Shown piece by piece: positions 36,009 through 44,425 of a DNA stretch of 64,000 nucleotides. The notes under the pieces were generated by a model. That model ran no database searches and was not told the origin of the DNA. It saw nothing but the letters and a program-made list of their open reading frames with translations. This DNA comes from an uncultured Acidobacteriota bacterium (GTDB lineage Bacteria; Acidobacteriota; Vicinamibacteria; Vicinamibacterales; SCN-69-37): assembly GCA_963738485.1 (NCBI GenBank), contig CAVTWK010000005.1:388690-452689 (forward strand), read 5' to 3'. The first letter of the stretch is position 1. Each line of letters begins with the position of its first letter. Both the position numbers and the translations under genes were made by a program.

Positions 36009-37913
36009 CATCGCGGTCGCCCTCGCCGATGGACGGCCCATCGACTGGGCCTCCATCGACGCGCGTCCGCTCACCGAGAGCGAGCGCGGGATGGTCGCGC
36101 GCTTCCGCCTCATCGAGCGTGTCTTGCAGGCGCACATCGGGCCGGATGGGGAGCTGTCGGTCGATTTGCCCAGCGCCCTTGCGACCGCGGACCGCATCGC
36201 AGCCGTGGCCGGGTCGGACGAGGCGGTCGGTGCCACCTGGGGGCCCCTGACGATCCTGGAGCGCATCGGCCGAGGCACCTACGGCGATGTGTATCGCGCG
36301 CACGACCCGCGTCTCGACCGGGTGGTGGCGTTGAAGCTGCTCCGGCGTCGAGAGTCCGGCGGGGACGCGCGCGAATCGGCGGTGATCGAGGAAGGGCGGC
36401 TGCTCGCCCGCGTCCAGCATCCGAACGTCGTCACCGTCCACGGCGCGGAACGGATCGACGGGCGCGTCGGTCTGTGGATGGAGTTTCTCGAAGGCCACAC
36501 GCTCGCCGAGGAAGTGCGCCTGGGCGGACCGCGGTCGGCGCGCGCAATTGCCCGGATCGGCCGCGACCTGTGCAGCGCGCTCACGGCGGTGCACCAGGCT
36601 GGCCTGCTTCACCATGACGTGAAGGCACAGAACGTGATGCGGACGCAGGACGGACGCATCGTCCTGACCGACTTCGGCGCGGGTCACGATTCGCGTGGGA
36701 ACGGCCACGGCGCGGCACCGCAGCCGCTCACCGGCACACCCGCTTATCTGGCGCCCGAGGTCCTCGCGGGCCAGCCCGCGACGGCGCAGAGCGAGGTCTA
36801 CAGCGTCGGCGTGCTGCTGTACCACCTGGCGACCGGGACATTTCCCGTGCGTGGACGCAGCCTGCAGGAGTTTCGCGACGCGCATGCGAGTGGCGCCAAC
36901 GTCGAGTTGCTCGCGGCGCGCGCCGACATGCCGCCGGCGCTCGTCGCCGCGATCACGCGATGCCTGGCGCCGGCGCCGGCAGATCGGTTTCAGAACATGG
37001 ACGATCTCGCCGATGCGCTCGCTGCGGGGGTCGAGGTGCCGGCGGCGCACGGCGTCGCGGCGGCGGCGATCCTCGCACCGCGCCGCGCGCGATTCACCTG
37101 GCGCGCGGCGGGGATCGTGCTGGCGTCGGTTGGACTGGCCGGCGCCGCAGGCTGGGCGGCGTCCTACACGCAGCCCGAGATCTTCGAATCAAGGGCTTTG
37201 ATCTACGTCACGCCTCAGCAGGTGTCGCCGGTCTATGTCGGCGCAGAGGGGACGCTGAGGATCGCCGATCGTGTGAACAGCCATCCGCAACAGGATAATG
37301 AGCCGAACGAGATTGGAGATGTTGATCACGGAGCTCAAGCTGTACGAGCCCGAGATGAGCGGGCGGCTGATGGAGGACCGGGTTGAGCGAATGCGTGGCG
37401 AGGTGTCGATAGGGCCGCCCGAGCCGGATCCTGGAAAATCCGTCGACGAGCTCGTTGAGGTGCGCTACATCTCGTCGGATGCGCGCACGGCACAGAAGGT
37501 GACCGACCGTGTGGCCGATCTTGTGATCAACGAGAGCGCCCGCGATCGCGAGAATGCCACCGCGGGAACGGATCAGTTCCTGGAGGCGACCCTGGAGGAA
37601 CTGTCACGCCGCCTCTCAGAGTACGAACAGAAGCTGCGCGTGGCAGGTCGGGGGCGGTCTCCAGATCATGCTTCGAGACCACGAGGAACTGCAGGCGCGC
37701 TACAAGAAGATGTTCGATATGCGGGAGGAAGCGAGGACACGGGCCAATCTGGAACGACGCCAGCTCGGCTCGCAGTTCCGGCTGATCGATGCGGCGCGCC
37801 TGCCCACCACGCCGATCAGCCCGAACCGGCCGCTCTATGCCGGCGCCGGTGCGCTCGGCGGGCTGTTCCTCGGGCTGGGGATCGTCGCGGTGCGCCGACG
37901 ACCTCGGAGGTAA
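35983..37913 (+). pseudogene. Hanks-type Ser/Thr protein kinase fused via TM helix to a Wzz/PCP-like (chain-length-determinant-like) ectodomain; distal part frameshifted
   Basis: Kinase motifs GRGTYGDVYRA, VALK, HHDVKAQNVM, LTDFG and GTPAYLAPE. TM helix FTWRAAGIVLASVGLAGAAGWAA. In the same frame follows YTQPEIFESRALIYVTPQQVSPVYV. SRTRLEMLITELKLYEP... and the PCP C-terminal motif LERRQLGSQFRLIDAARLPTTPISPNRPLYAGAGALGGLFLGLGIVAV are recovered by frame changes near 37281 and 37650. Confidence 0.7.
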
Positions 37914-37985
37914 TTCCTACGAAAACTGTAAGGCCACGCCGCGGCCTTACAGTTTTCGTAGGAATTACCTCCGAGGTGGTTTTCA
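37901..37985 (+). terminator. perfect 35-bp-stem hairpin + GGTTTT between convergent stops (terminator-like; also a repeat-family member)
   Basis: ACCTCGGAGGTAATTCCTACGAAAACTGTAAGGCC acgccgc GGCCTTACAGTTTTCGTAGGAATTACCTCCGAGGT, then ggttttc. The TAA stop of the kinase-PCP gene (37911-37913) lies inside the left arm. Confidence 0.6.
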
Positions 37986-38693
37986 CACGCTCGCCAGCAG
38001 CTCGATCCACCCTTGCGGCAGACGCTCGAGCACGGCTGCTTCGATGATCTTGTCCGTGCCCGTGAGCACGAACAGGCCCATCAGCACGAGCGCCGCGCCG
38101 AACACGACTTTGCCCCGCGAGGCGGCCGCGAGCAGCCGGGGGCGCGCCGCCATCACTCGACGCGACGCATAGGCCGTCACTAACAGCGGCAGCGCCGATC
38201 CGACGCCGAAGGCGAACATCATCACGGCCGCGCGTCCGATCGTCGCGCTCGACGAGGCCAGGCCCACCGCGGCGCCGAGCGTCGGGCCGACGCACGGACT
38301 CCAGATCGCGCCGAGCATCGCGCCGACGCCGAACTGGCCCGCCAGCCCGCGTCCCGCGCCGGCGCTCGACCGTGCCGCCGCGGACGCCAGCGGCGAGAGC
38401 AGCGCCGACAGTCGATCCTGAAGTCGTGCGCTCAACATCACGACGCCCGCCAGCACGAGCATCAGCGCGGCAGCGCGACGAATCCACACATCCGTGAGGC
38501 CGATCGCCGGCCCGAGCGACGCGAGCGCGAGGCCGACGACCGTGAATGACACGACGAGTCCAGCCGCGAGTGCCAACGGCCCGTGCCGCCGGTCCGCCGC
38601 GGCGCTCCCGACGATGATCGGGAGCGCCGGGAGGACGCACGGCGAGAGCGCGGTCAGCAGCCCCGCGACGAAGCTGAGCCCGACCGCGATCAC
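37983..38693 (-). CDS. ccdA: cytochrome c biogenesis CcdA/DsbD-type thiol:disulfide transporter
   Basis: A multi-TM protein with the two conserved Cys motifs LSPCVLPALP and WSPCVGPTLG. Confidence 0.85.
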   Translation of the reverse strand: MIAVGLSFVAGLLTALSPCVLPALPIIVGSAAADRRHGPLALAAGLVVSFTVVGLALASLGPAIGLTDVWIRRAAALMLVLAGVVMLSARLQDRLSALLSPLASAAARSSAGAGRGLAGQFGVGAMLGAIWSPCVGPTLGAAVGLASSSATIGRAAVMMFAFGVGSALPLLVTAYASRRVMAARPRLLAAASRGKVVFGAALVLMGLFVLTGTDKIIEAAVLERLPQGWIELLASV

Positions 38694-38694
38694 G

Positions 38695-39168
38695 CTACTT
38701 CCCGCCCACCATCGGCATCGCGTGCGCGAACAGCTCGTTGATGGACGCGTCGTCGCTCATGTAGCTGAGGCGCGCCACCTCCTTCGTCCCCTTGTAGAGG
38801 ATGACCGTGGACTGTTTCGTGACGCTGAACGCCTTGCGCAGATCGACGTTCGAGTCGTAGTCCACCTTGAAGGCCACGATGTCCTTGTGACCGCCGTTGA
38901 GGTGCGCCATCAGCTTCGGCTCCTGCGCACGGCACACCGGACACCACGGCGCGTGAAAGAAGACGATCGTCGTCTTGCCCGCATCCATCGCGGCCTGATG
39001 GGCGGCCTTGGTGTAGGGCTTGAACTCGTTGGCCATCATCGGCGCAGCCATGGACGTCGCGGGCATCGCCGCGCCGCTCGACATCTGTCGGGCATCGAGT
39101 GCGGAAACCGCGGAAAACAGCGCGAGCGCGGCGATCGCCCCGGCGCAGGTGGTGATGGAAATCTTCAT
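38695..39168 (-). CDS. secreted thioredoxin-family protein
   Basis: Signal MKISITTCAGAIAALALFSAVSA and thioredoxin block IVFFHAPWCPVCRAQEP. It lies directly upstream of ccdA on the same strand. Confidence 0.85.
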   Translation of the reverse strand: MKISITTCAGAIAALALFSAVSALDARQMSSGAAMPATSMAAPMMANEFKPYTKAAHQAAMDAGKTTIVFFHAPWCPVCRAQEPKLMAHLNGGHKDIVAFKVDYDSNVDLRKAFSVTKQSTVILYKGTKEVARLSYMSDDASINELFAHAMPMVGGK

Positions 39169-39265
39169 GTCGTGAGGACCTCGGCGAGGAGTCGGACACC
39201 GCATGTGCCCGCTCATAGGGATTCGCGCGGTCCTACGGGTTCGAAGCCACCGGGGTTACAGGGGG

Positions 39266-39503
39266 CTCCCGTCTCCCGTCGCCATAAGGTCGCCCGTTGG
39301 CGGTTGCTCGTGTAGCCCGTCGCCCGTGGGCTGTGGTCTGACCCTGGTCGTCCGTCGCCCGTTTGCGGTACCCGGCAGCCCGTCGTCCGTCGTCCGTCGT
39401 CGGTCGTGCGTGGGCCGCAGGCCGTCTCCCGTGGGCCGTCTTCCGTAGCCCGTCTGCCGTCTCCCGTCTCCCGTCCGTAACCACCCTCCGTCACCGCCCG
39501 TAG
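39266..39503. repeat. heptanucleotide array, CCGT-type, about 34 units
   Basis: ctcccgt ctcccgt ... gcccgtc gtccgtc gtccgtc gtcggtc gtgcgtg ggccgca ggccgtc tcccgtg ggccgtc ttccgta gcccgtc tgccgtc tcccgtc tcccgtc. Confidence 0.85.
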
Positions 39504-39509
39504 TAGGGT

Positions 39510-40106
39510 GTGAACGCGCGCGCTGTGACGCCCGATCAGGAACACCAGTTTGCCGGTCTCATGCGGCTGGCTCAGGGCGGGGACCAGATCGCTTACGCCG
39601 ATCTGCTCTCCGCGCTGACGCCGCTGGCCCGGAGGTACGCGCGCGCGAAACTCGGCGACGTCCCGTGGGTGGACGATGTCGTCCAGGAGACGTTGATGTC
39701 CCTGCACCGCGCGCGGCACACCTGCGACACGACCCGCGCGTTCGCGCCATGGTTCTACGCCGTCGCCTCGAGTCGGCTGATCGACGCCGTCCGCCGCGAA
39801 CGCCGCATCGGATCGCGCGAGCAGGCGTCGGGCACGGCGGGGGAGTTGGCCGCCGCGACGCCTCCCCGTGCGGCTGCGTCAGCACGCGACGAGGTAGACG
39901 TCGAGGCCGTTCGGGCCGCGATGGCCGCGTTGCCCTCGCGGCAGCGCGAGATCATCGCGGGCATGAAGTTCCGGGACGAGTCGGTGCGCGAGGTCGCGTC
40001 GCGTCTTGGCATGAGCGAGTCGGCCGTGAAGGTCACGGCGCATCGGGGCTACCAGGCGCTGAAGCGCCTGCTGCATCGGCCCAGGGGGACGGGACGTGCG
40101 GACTGA
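39510..40106 (+). CDS. ECF-type RNA polymerase sigma factor (NrsF-partnered)
   Basis: Region 2 VDDVVQETLMSLHRARHTCDTTRAFAPWFYAVASSRLIDAVRRERR and region 4 QREIIAGMKFRDESVREVASRLGMSESAVKVTAHRGYQALK. GTG start. Confidence 0.85.
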   Translation: MNARAVTPDQEHQFAGLMRLAQGGDQIAYADLLSALTPLARRYARAKLGDVPWVDDVVQETLMSLHRARHTCDTTRAFAPWFYAVASSRLIDAVRRERRIGSREQASGTAGELAAATPPRAAASARDEVDVEAVRAAMAALPSRQREIIAGMKFRDESVREVASRLGMSESAVKVTAHRGYQALKRLLHRPRGTGRAD

Positions 40107-40753
40107 GGAACTGATCGGGGCCCTGGCCAGCCATGCGACGCCCGTGCGTGTCGTCGCGCCGTGGGGACGACGGCTGGCGGCCTGGTCACTGCTGGCGATC
40201 GGCCTCGCCGGCACGGCGCTTCTCGTCAAGGGCCCCCGGGCGGATTCTGGCGGCCGCCTCGTCCACTGCGCGCTGGCTCGTCGAACTGGTCGTCACGGCC
40301 GGCGTTGGGTTGGGCGCGGCGGGTGCGGCGCTGACGCTCGCCGTACCTGGCCGCGAGCGCGGCGCGGCGACCCGGTGGCTGCCCGTGGCCGCCCTCGCGC
40401 TCTGGACGGGAATCCTGCTCCAGGCCCTCTTCGCGGCCGGGGGGCCGTGGGCCCAGCTGACCGCCGAACCGGCGTATCTGGCGTGCCTGTTCAAGAGCGT
40501 GCTGGTCGGGGCCGTGCCGGCCATCGCAATGCTCGCGATGGTCCGGCAGGCGGCGCCGATTCGGCTGGGATGGACGGCTGGTCTAGGGGCCCTGGCCGCC
40601 TTTGGCATCGGCGCGGCGGCGGCGCAGGTGCTGTGCCCCATCGATCGGCCGGCCCATCTGATCCTCTGGCACCTCCTGCCCGTGGTGGGCCTGTCCGGGC
40701 TGGCCGCCCTGGGCGCCCGACGGCTCCTCGGTTGGAATCACCCCCGATCATGA
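40096..40753 (+). pseudogene. NrsF-family (DUF1109) membrane anti-sigma factor, frameshifted as assembled
   Basis: N-terminus MRTEELIGALASHATPVR, then six TM-like segments. The frame changes near 40246 (LLVKGPRAD | LAAASSTARWLVELVV...). It overlaps the sigma gene by 11 nt. Confidence 0.75.
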
Positions 40754-40792
40754 GAGAATAGAGGCCAACGCCCGTCTAGACCCCAGCAGTTC

Positions 40793-42433
40793 GTGGCCGA
40801 CCGTCGGCCGCTGCGGGAGACGAGCGATGCGCCCGACCGGCCTGGCGCAACGACCAAAACGACCGCGAGCTGCGCCCGTCGAACGCCAATCGACTCCGTC
40901 ACGGGCAGCCAGGCTCGCTCACTCAGAAAGGTTTCTGTGCCCGCCGACGACCGCCTCCGTATTGCCGTTTTCATTGATTTCGACAACATCGAAATTGGCG
41001 TCAAGAACACGATGAACACCTCCTTCGATGCCGGCCTCGTGCTCGAGGCCCTCAAGGAGCGTGGGGACGTCGTCTCGAAGACCGCCTACAGCGACTGGCA
41101 GCGAGCCGGCGGCTACAGCCGGGCGCTCACGCAGCACGCCATCAAGATGGTGCAGCGCAACCTGACGCCGGGGGGAGACAAGAACGGCGCGGACATCAAC
41201 CTCGCGCTCGACGCCCTGGAGATGGCCTTCACCCACCCCCACATCAACGCCTTCGTCATCGTGGGCGGCGACAGCGACTTCATCAGCCTCCTCGAGAAAC
41301 TCAAGCAGTACGACAAGAAGGTCTTCGTGGTCGGTGGGCGCCAGTTCACCAGCGCGATCATGCAGCGCAACTGCCACGAGTTCATCGCGTACGAGAACCT
41401 GGTCGGCGCCAGTCCGCGGCGCGACGCGGCCGGACCACGGCCCCGCATCGACCGGCTGCCCATCGAGCAGTCGATTCCGCTGGTCACGCGCGGCCTGAAG
41501 GTGCTGGCGGACCGCGAGGTCACGCCGCAGCTCGGCCTCCTCAAGTCCACGCTCATCCAGCTCGACTCCACGTTCTCCGAGCGGACCTACGGGGCCGGAT
41601 CGTTCCGCGACTTCGTCGAGAAGCTCGCCAAGTTCGGCGTCGTCTCCCTGCAGCAGGGCAAGGGGGGCTGGCTGGTGAGCGCCGTCGAGGGCGCGCCGTC
41701 GGTCATCACCGAGACACCGGGCCTCCCGGGCGACCTGTCTGAGAATGTCGGCCTGCCGCCCTTGAATGGCGACGGCGTGTCCGAGGGCTCGGTGCCCTCG
41801 CTGGTGGCGTCTCCGTCCTACGGGTCGCCTGTGGAACAGGCGCCGCCGCGCGCGCAACTGGGCACGACCGAAGACGGCGTTCGCGAGTTCGGTCGCCTGC
41901 TGGCCTCGACCGAGGTCCGGCGCTGGCCCATGTATCTGCGCAACGTCAAGCAGGTGCTGCGACAGGCGGACGCGACGTTCGACGAACGTGCGTACGGCTT
42001 CGGTCACCTCACCGATCTGCTTCGCGCCGCGCAGAAGGACGGCATCGTCCGCCTGGATCGCGACCGGCAGGGCGTCGTCCGCGTCTTCAAGGGCACCGCG
42101 TGGCCGGGTCCGCAGGGCCTCGTGACGCCCGGCGCGCCGGAGCTGGCCGATCGCCCGCTGCCGAGCGACATCGATCCGGACGACATCGGCAACGTCGCCG
42201 TGGCGATGCCCGCATCGGACATCGGCGTGCCGCTGATCGTTCCCGCGGCCATTCTGGATGAGCCGGAAGATGTGTCCCAGCAGCCGCACGAAGATCCGAC
42301 CGCCGTGCGCCTGGGCACCGTCGCGCCCAAGAAGCGCCGGACGCCGGCGCGTGTCCGCGAAGCGGCGGCCCCGGCGGCTCGCGAACCGCGCGCCCGCGCG
42401 CCTCGCGGCCGGGCGCCCCGCAAGCGCGGCTAG
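40793..42433 (+). CDS. NYN-domain (LabA-like) protein with OST-HTH/LOTUS-like repeats
   Basis: NYN core IAVFIDFDNIEIG...GADINLALDALEMAF...FVIVGGDSDFISLLEKLKQYDKKVFVVG. Two later blocks resemble OST-HTH (GAGSFRDFVEKLAKFGVVSL; YGFGHLTDLLRAAQKDGIVRL). The true start is probably GTG 40937, preceded by GAAAGG. Confidence 0.8.
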   Translation: MADRRPLRETSDAPDRPGATTKTTASCARRTPIDSVTGSQARSLRKVSVPADDRLRIAVFIDFDNIEIGVKNTMNTSFDAGLVLEALKERGDVVSKTAYSDWQRAGGYSRALTQHAIKMVQRNLTPGGDKNGADINLALDALEMAFTHPHINAFVIVGGDSDFISLLEKLKQYDKKVFVVGGRQFTSAIMQRNCHEFIAYENLVGASPRRDAAGPRPRIDRLPIEQSIPLVTRGLKVLADREVTPQLGLLKSTLIQLDSTFSERTYGAGSFRDFVEKLAKFGVVSLQQGKGGWLVSAVEGAPSVITETPGLPGDLSENVGLPPLNGDGVSEGSVPSLVASPSYGSPVEQAPPRAQLGTTEDGVREFGRLLASTEVRRWPMYLRNVKQVLRQADATFDERAYGFGHLTDLLRAAQKDGIVRLDRDRQGVVRVFKGTAWPGPQGLVTPGAPELADRPLPSDIDPDDIGNVAVAMPASDIGVPLIVPAAILDEPEDVSQQPHEDPTAVRLGTVAPKKRRTPARVREAAAPAAREPRARAPRGRAPRKRG

Positions 42434-42448
42434 CGGCTCGCGCGCGTC

Positions 42449-43810
42449 ATGATTGAGAGACACGCACGGGGGCCGGCGCCGGTTGGCGCCTTCCCCGTGC
42501 GTGTGGCACGCTCGCGCGTCGTCTCCGCCATTCTCGTCGCCGCCCTCGTCAGCCTCACATCCCGTCCGCACGCCCAGCGCACCACGATCGCGCCAGCCGA
42601 CCTGTCAGGCCAGTGGGAGACCGAGCACGTCTCGGCCCCTGTCTCGGCGTTGTTCGACCACGCCGCCCTGAAACAGATCATCGCTGCCCTGCCGTCCTCC
42701 GGGCCGATTCGTACGACCCAGGTCGGCTCGTCGCTCGAAGGACGCGAGATCTGGGACGTCACCTTCGGCACCGGCGCCACGACCGTGTTGATGTGGTCGC
42801 AGATGCACGGCGACGAGGCCACGGCGACCTCGACGCTCATCGACCTCTACGCCTGGATTGGGCGCCATGCGGCCGAGCCCGCTGTGCGCCAGCTCCTGGC
42901 TGCCCTCACCGTGCACACCGTGCCCATGCTCAATCCGGACGGCGCCGAACGCTGGCAGCGCCGCAACGCCCAGGGGCTCGATCTCAACCGCGACGCCCTG
43001 CTTCTGCAGGGCCCCGAGTCGCAGCTGCTGAAGGGGCTGCGCGATCGCCTGGAGCCGGCCGTCGGCTTCAACCTCCACAACCAGAACTGGCGCACCTCGG
43101 TCGGCGATCCACCGCAGGCCGCGGCGATCTCGCTGCTCTCGGTGGCCGGCGACGAGGCGCGGACGATGACGCCTGGCCGCGTCCTGACGAAGAAGCTGGG
43201 GGCGGTCATCCGCGACGCGCTCGAACCATGGGCGGCCGGGCGGATGGGCCGCTACGACGACAGCTTCGAGGTGCGCGCCTTCGGCGACAACCTCACGAAG
43301 TGGGGCACGCCCGTCCTGCTCATCGAGACAGGGCCCTGGCCGGCCGTCGATCCCGACCCGATGCTCGTGAAGCTCAACTTCATTGCGCTCGTCACGGCCC
43401 TGCAGGCGCTGGCCGACGGCGGGCCCGGCGGTGCGCTCGACCGCGCGGACCCGGCCCGCTACGACTCGCTGCCCGAGAACGACTCGCGCCTGCTGCACAC
43501 GATCATCCGGAACGTGACCATCATCACGCGCGAGGGCGCGGCGCCCTTTGTCGGCGACGTGGGCCTGATCGCGACGCGCCGCGTCCGGACCGACGACGGC
43601 GTGCGGCGGCTGGCGCAGTCGTTCGCGATCGATGACCTCGGCGACCTGCGCACGCTGGGTGCGCTCTTCGAGGTGGACGGCACCGGCCTCCGCCTTGCGC
43701 CTGCGGGCGCCACGCCGTTGCTGCCCAGCCAGCCCGCGGACCTGGTCCTGACGGGCCCCGACGGCACGGTGGTGCGCCGGTTCCAGGCCGAGACGGTCTC
43801 ACGGCCTTAG
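42449..43810 (+). CDS. M14-family zinc carboxypeptidase
   Basis: WSQMHGDEATAT (HxxE zinc motif), VPMLNPDGAERWQRRNAQGLDLNRD, and a signal-like N-terminus. Confidence 0.8.
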   Translation: MIERHARGPAPVGAFPVRVARSRVVSAILVAALVSLTSRPHAQRTTIAPADLSGQWETEHVSAPVSALFDHAALKQIIAALPSSGPIRTTQVGSSLEGREIWDVTFGTGATTVLMWSQMHGDEATATSTLIDLYAWIGRHAAEPAVRQLLAALTVHTVPMLNPDGAERWQRRNAQGLDLNRDALLLQGPESQLLKGLRDRLEPAVGFNLHNQNWRTSVGDPPQAAAISLLSVAGDEARTMTPGRVLTKKLGAVIRDALEPWAAGRMGRYDDSFEVRAFGDNLTKWGTPVLLIETGPWPAVDPDPMLVKLNFIALVTALQALADGGPGGALDRADPARYDSLPENDSRLLHTIIRNVTIITREGAAPFVGDVGLIATRRVRTDDGVRRLAQSFAIDDLGDLRTLGALFEVDGTGLRLAPAGATPLLPSQPADLVLTGPDGTVVRRFQAETVSRP

Positions 43811-44265
43811 CGCCCGGGACCTGGCCGAAAGCACCGGGACTTCGCGCGGAGCCGGGCGGGGCGAGGCGAAGCCTCCGGGACTTGAGCGAGCGAAGCGAGC
43901 AGCCGGAACCTGGGCGAAGCACCGGGACTTCGCGCGAAGCGAAGCGAAGCCTCCGGGACTTCAACGAGCGCAGCGAGCGCCCGGAACCTGGGCGAGAGGC
44001 ACCGGGACTTCCTGCGGAGCCGGGCGAGGTGAGGCGAAGCCTCCGGGACTTCAACGAGCGCAGCGAGCGCCCGGAACCTGGGCGAGAGGCACCGGGACTT
44101 CCGTGCGGAGCCGGGCGAGGTGAGGCGGAGCCTCCGGGACTTCAACGAGCGCAGCGAGCACCCGGGACCTGGGCGAGAGGCGCCGGGACTTCCGTGCGGA
44201 GCGGGTTGGCGAGGCGAAGCCTCCCCGACTTCCGCGGTGCGGGACCGGCTTTCCGGCCTCGGGTT
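43810..44265. repeat. tandem repeat, about 90-bp unit x about 5
   Basis: The unit is GCCCGGAACCTGGGCGAGAG GCACCGGGACTTCCTGCGGAGCCGGGCGAGGTGAGGCGAA GCCTCCGGGACTTCAACGAGCGCAGCGAGC. CCGGRACCTGG anchors fall at about 43813, 43903, 43980, 44070 and 44161. Confidence 0.85.
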
Positions 44266-44425
44266 GATTGCAGCCGGCCAATGGGATACGGTCAGCTGAA
44301 ATTGGCATGAACAGCATGCTCTTTGCAGGTTGAAGAGATCTGTCCACTGTCAGATGGCGTCCCCCCGGGCTGTGCCCGGGGCCGTCACGTACGGACGTCT
44401 GTCGTGGTCGTGTTGGAGGAACCGA

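Noticed and set aside
39478-39500. An ECF-type promoter (GTAACC-N16-CGTA) for the sigma gene at 39510.
   Set aside because: It lies only about 10 nt from the start codon, is part of the repeat array, and is a weak match. It is mentioned only as a possibility, not called as a feature.
43810-44265. Possible CRISPR array, given regularly spaced repeats here and at 25028-25465.
   Set aside because: There is no alternation of a conserved repeat with unique spacers of 30-40 nt. The whole unit repeats (a 90-bp tandem), or the cores are only 7-13 nt at 20-bp spacing. There are no cas genes in the window.
44270-44425. Possible cobalamin riboswitch upstream of the TonB receptor, based on GGGATACGGT...GAAATTGG and CCACTGT strings.
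   Set aside because: The resemblance covers only fragments of the consensus. The spacing and B12-box context do not fit, and the receptor is Oar-like rather than BtuB-like. A covariance-model scan would be needed, and I expect no hit.
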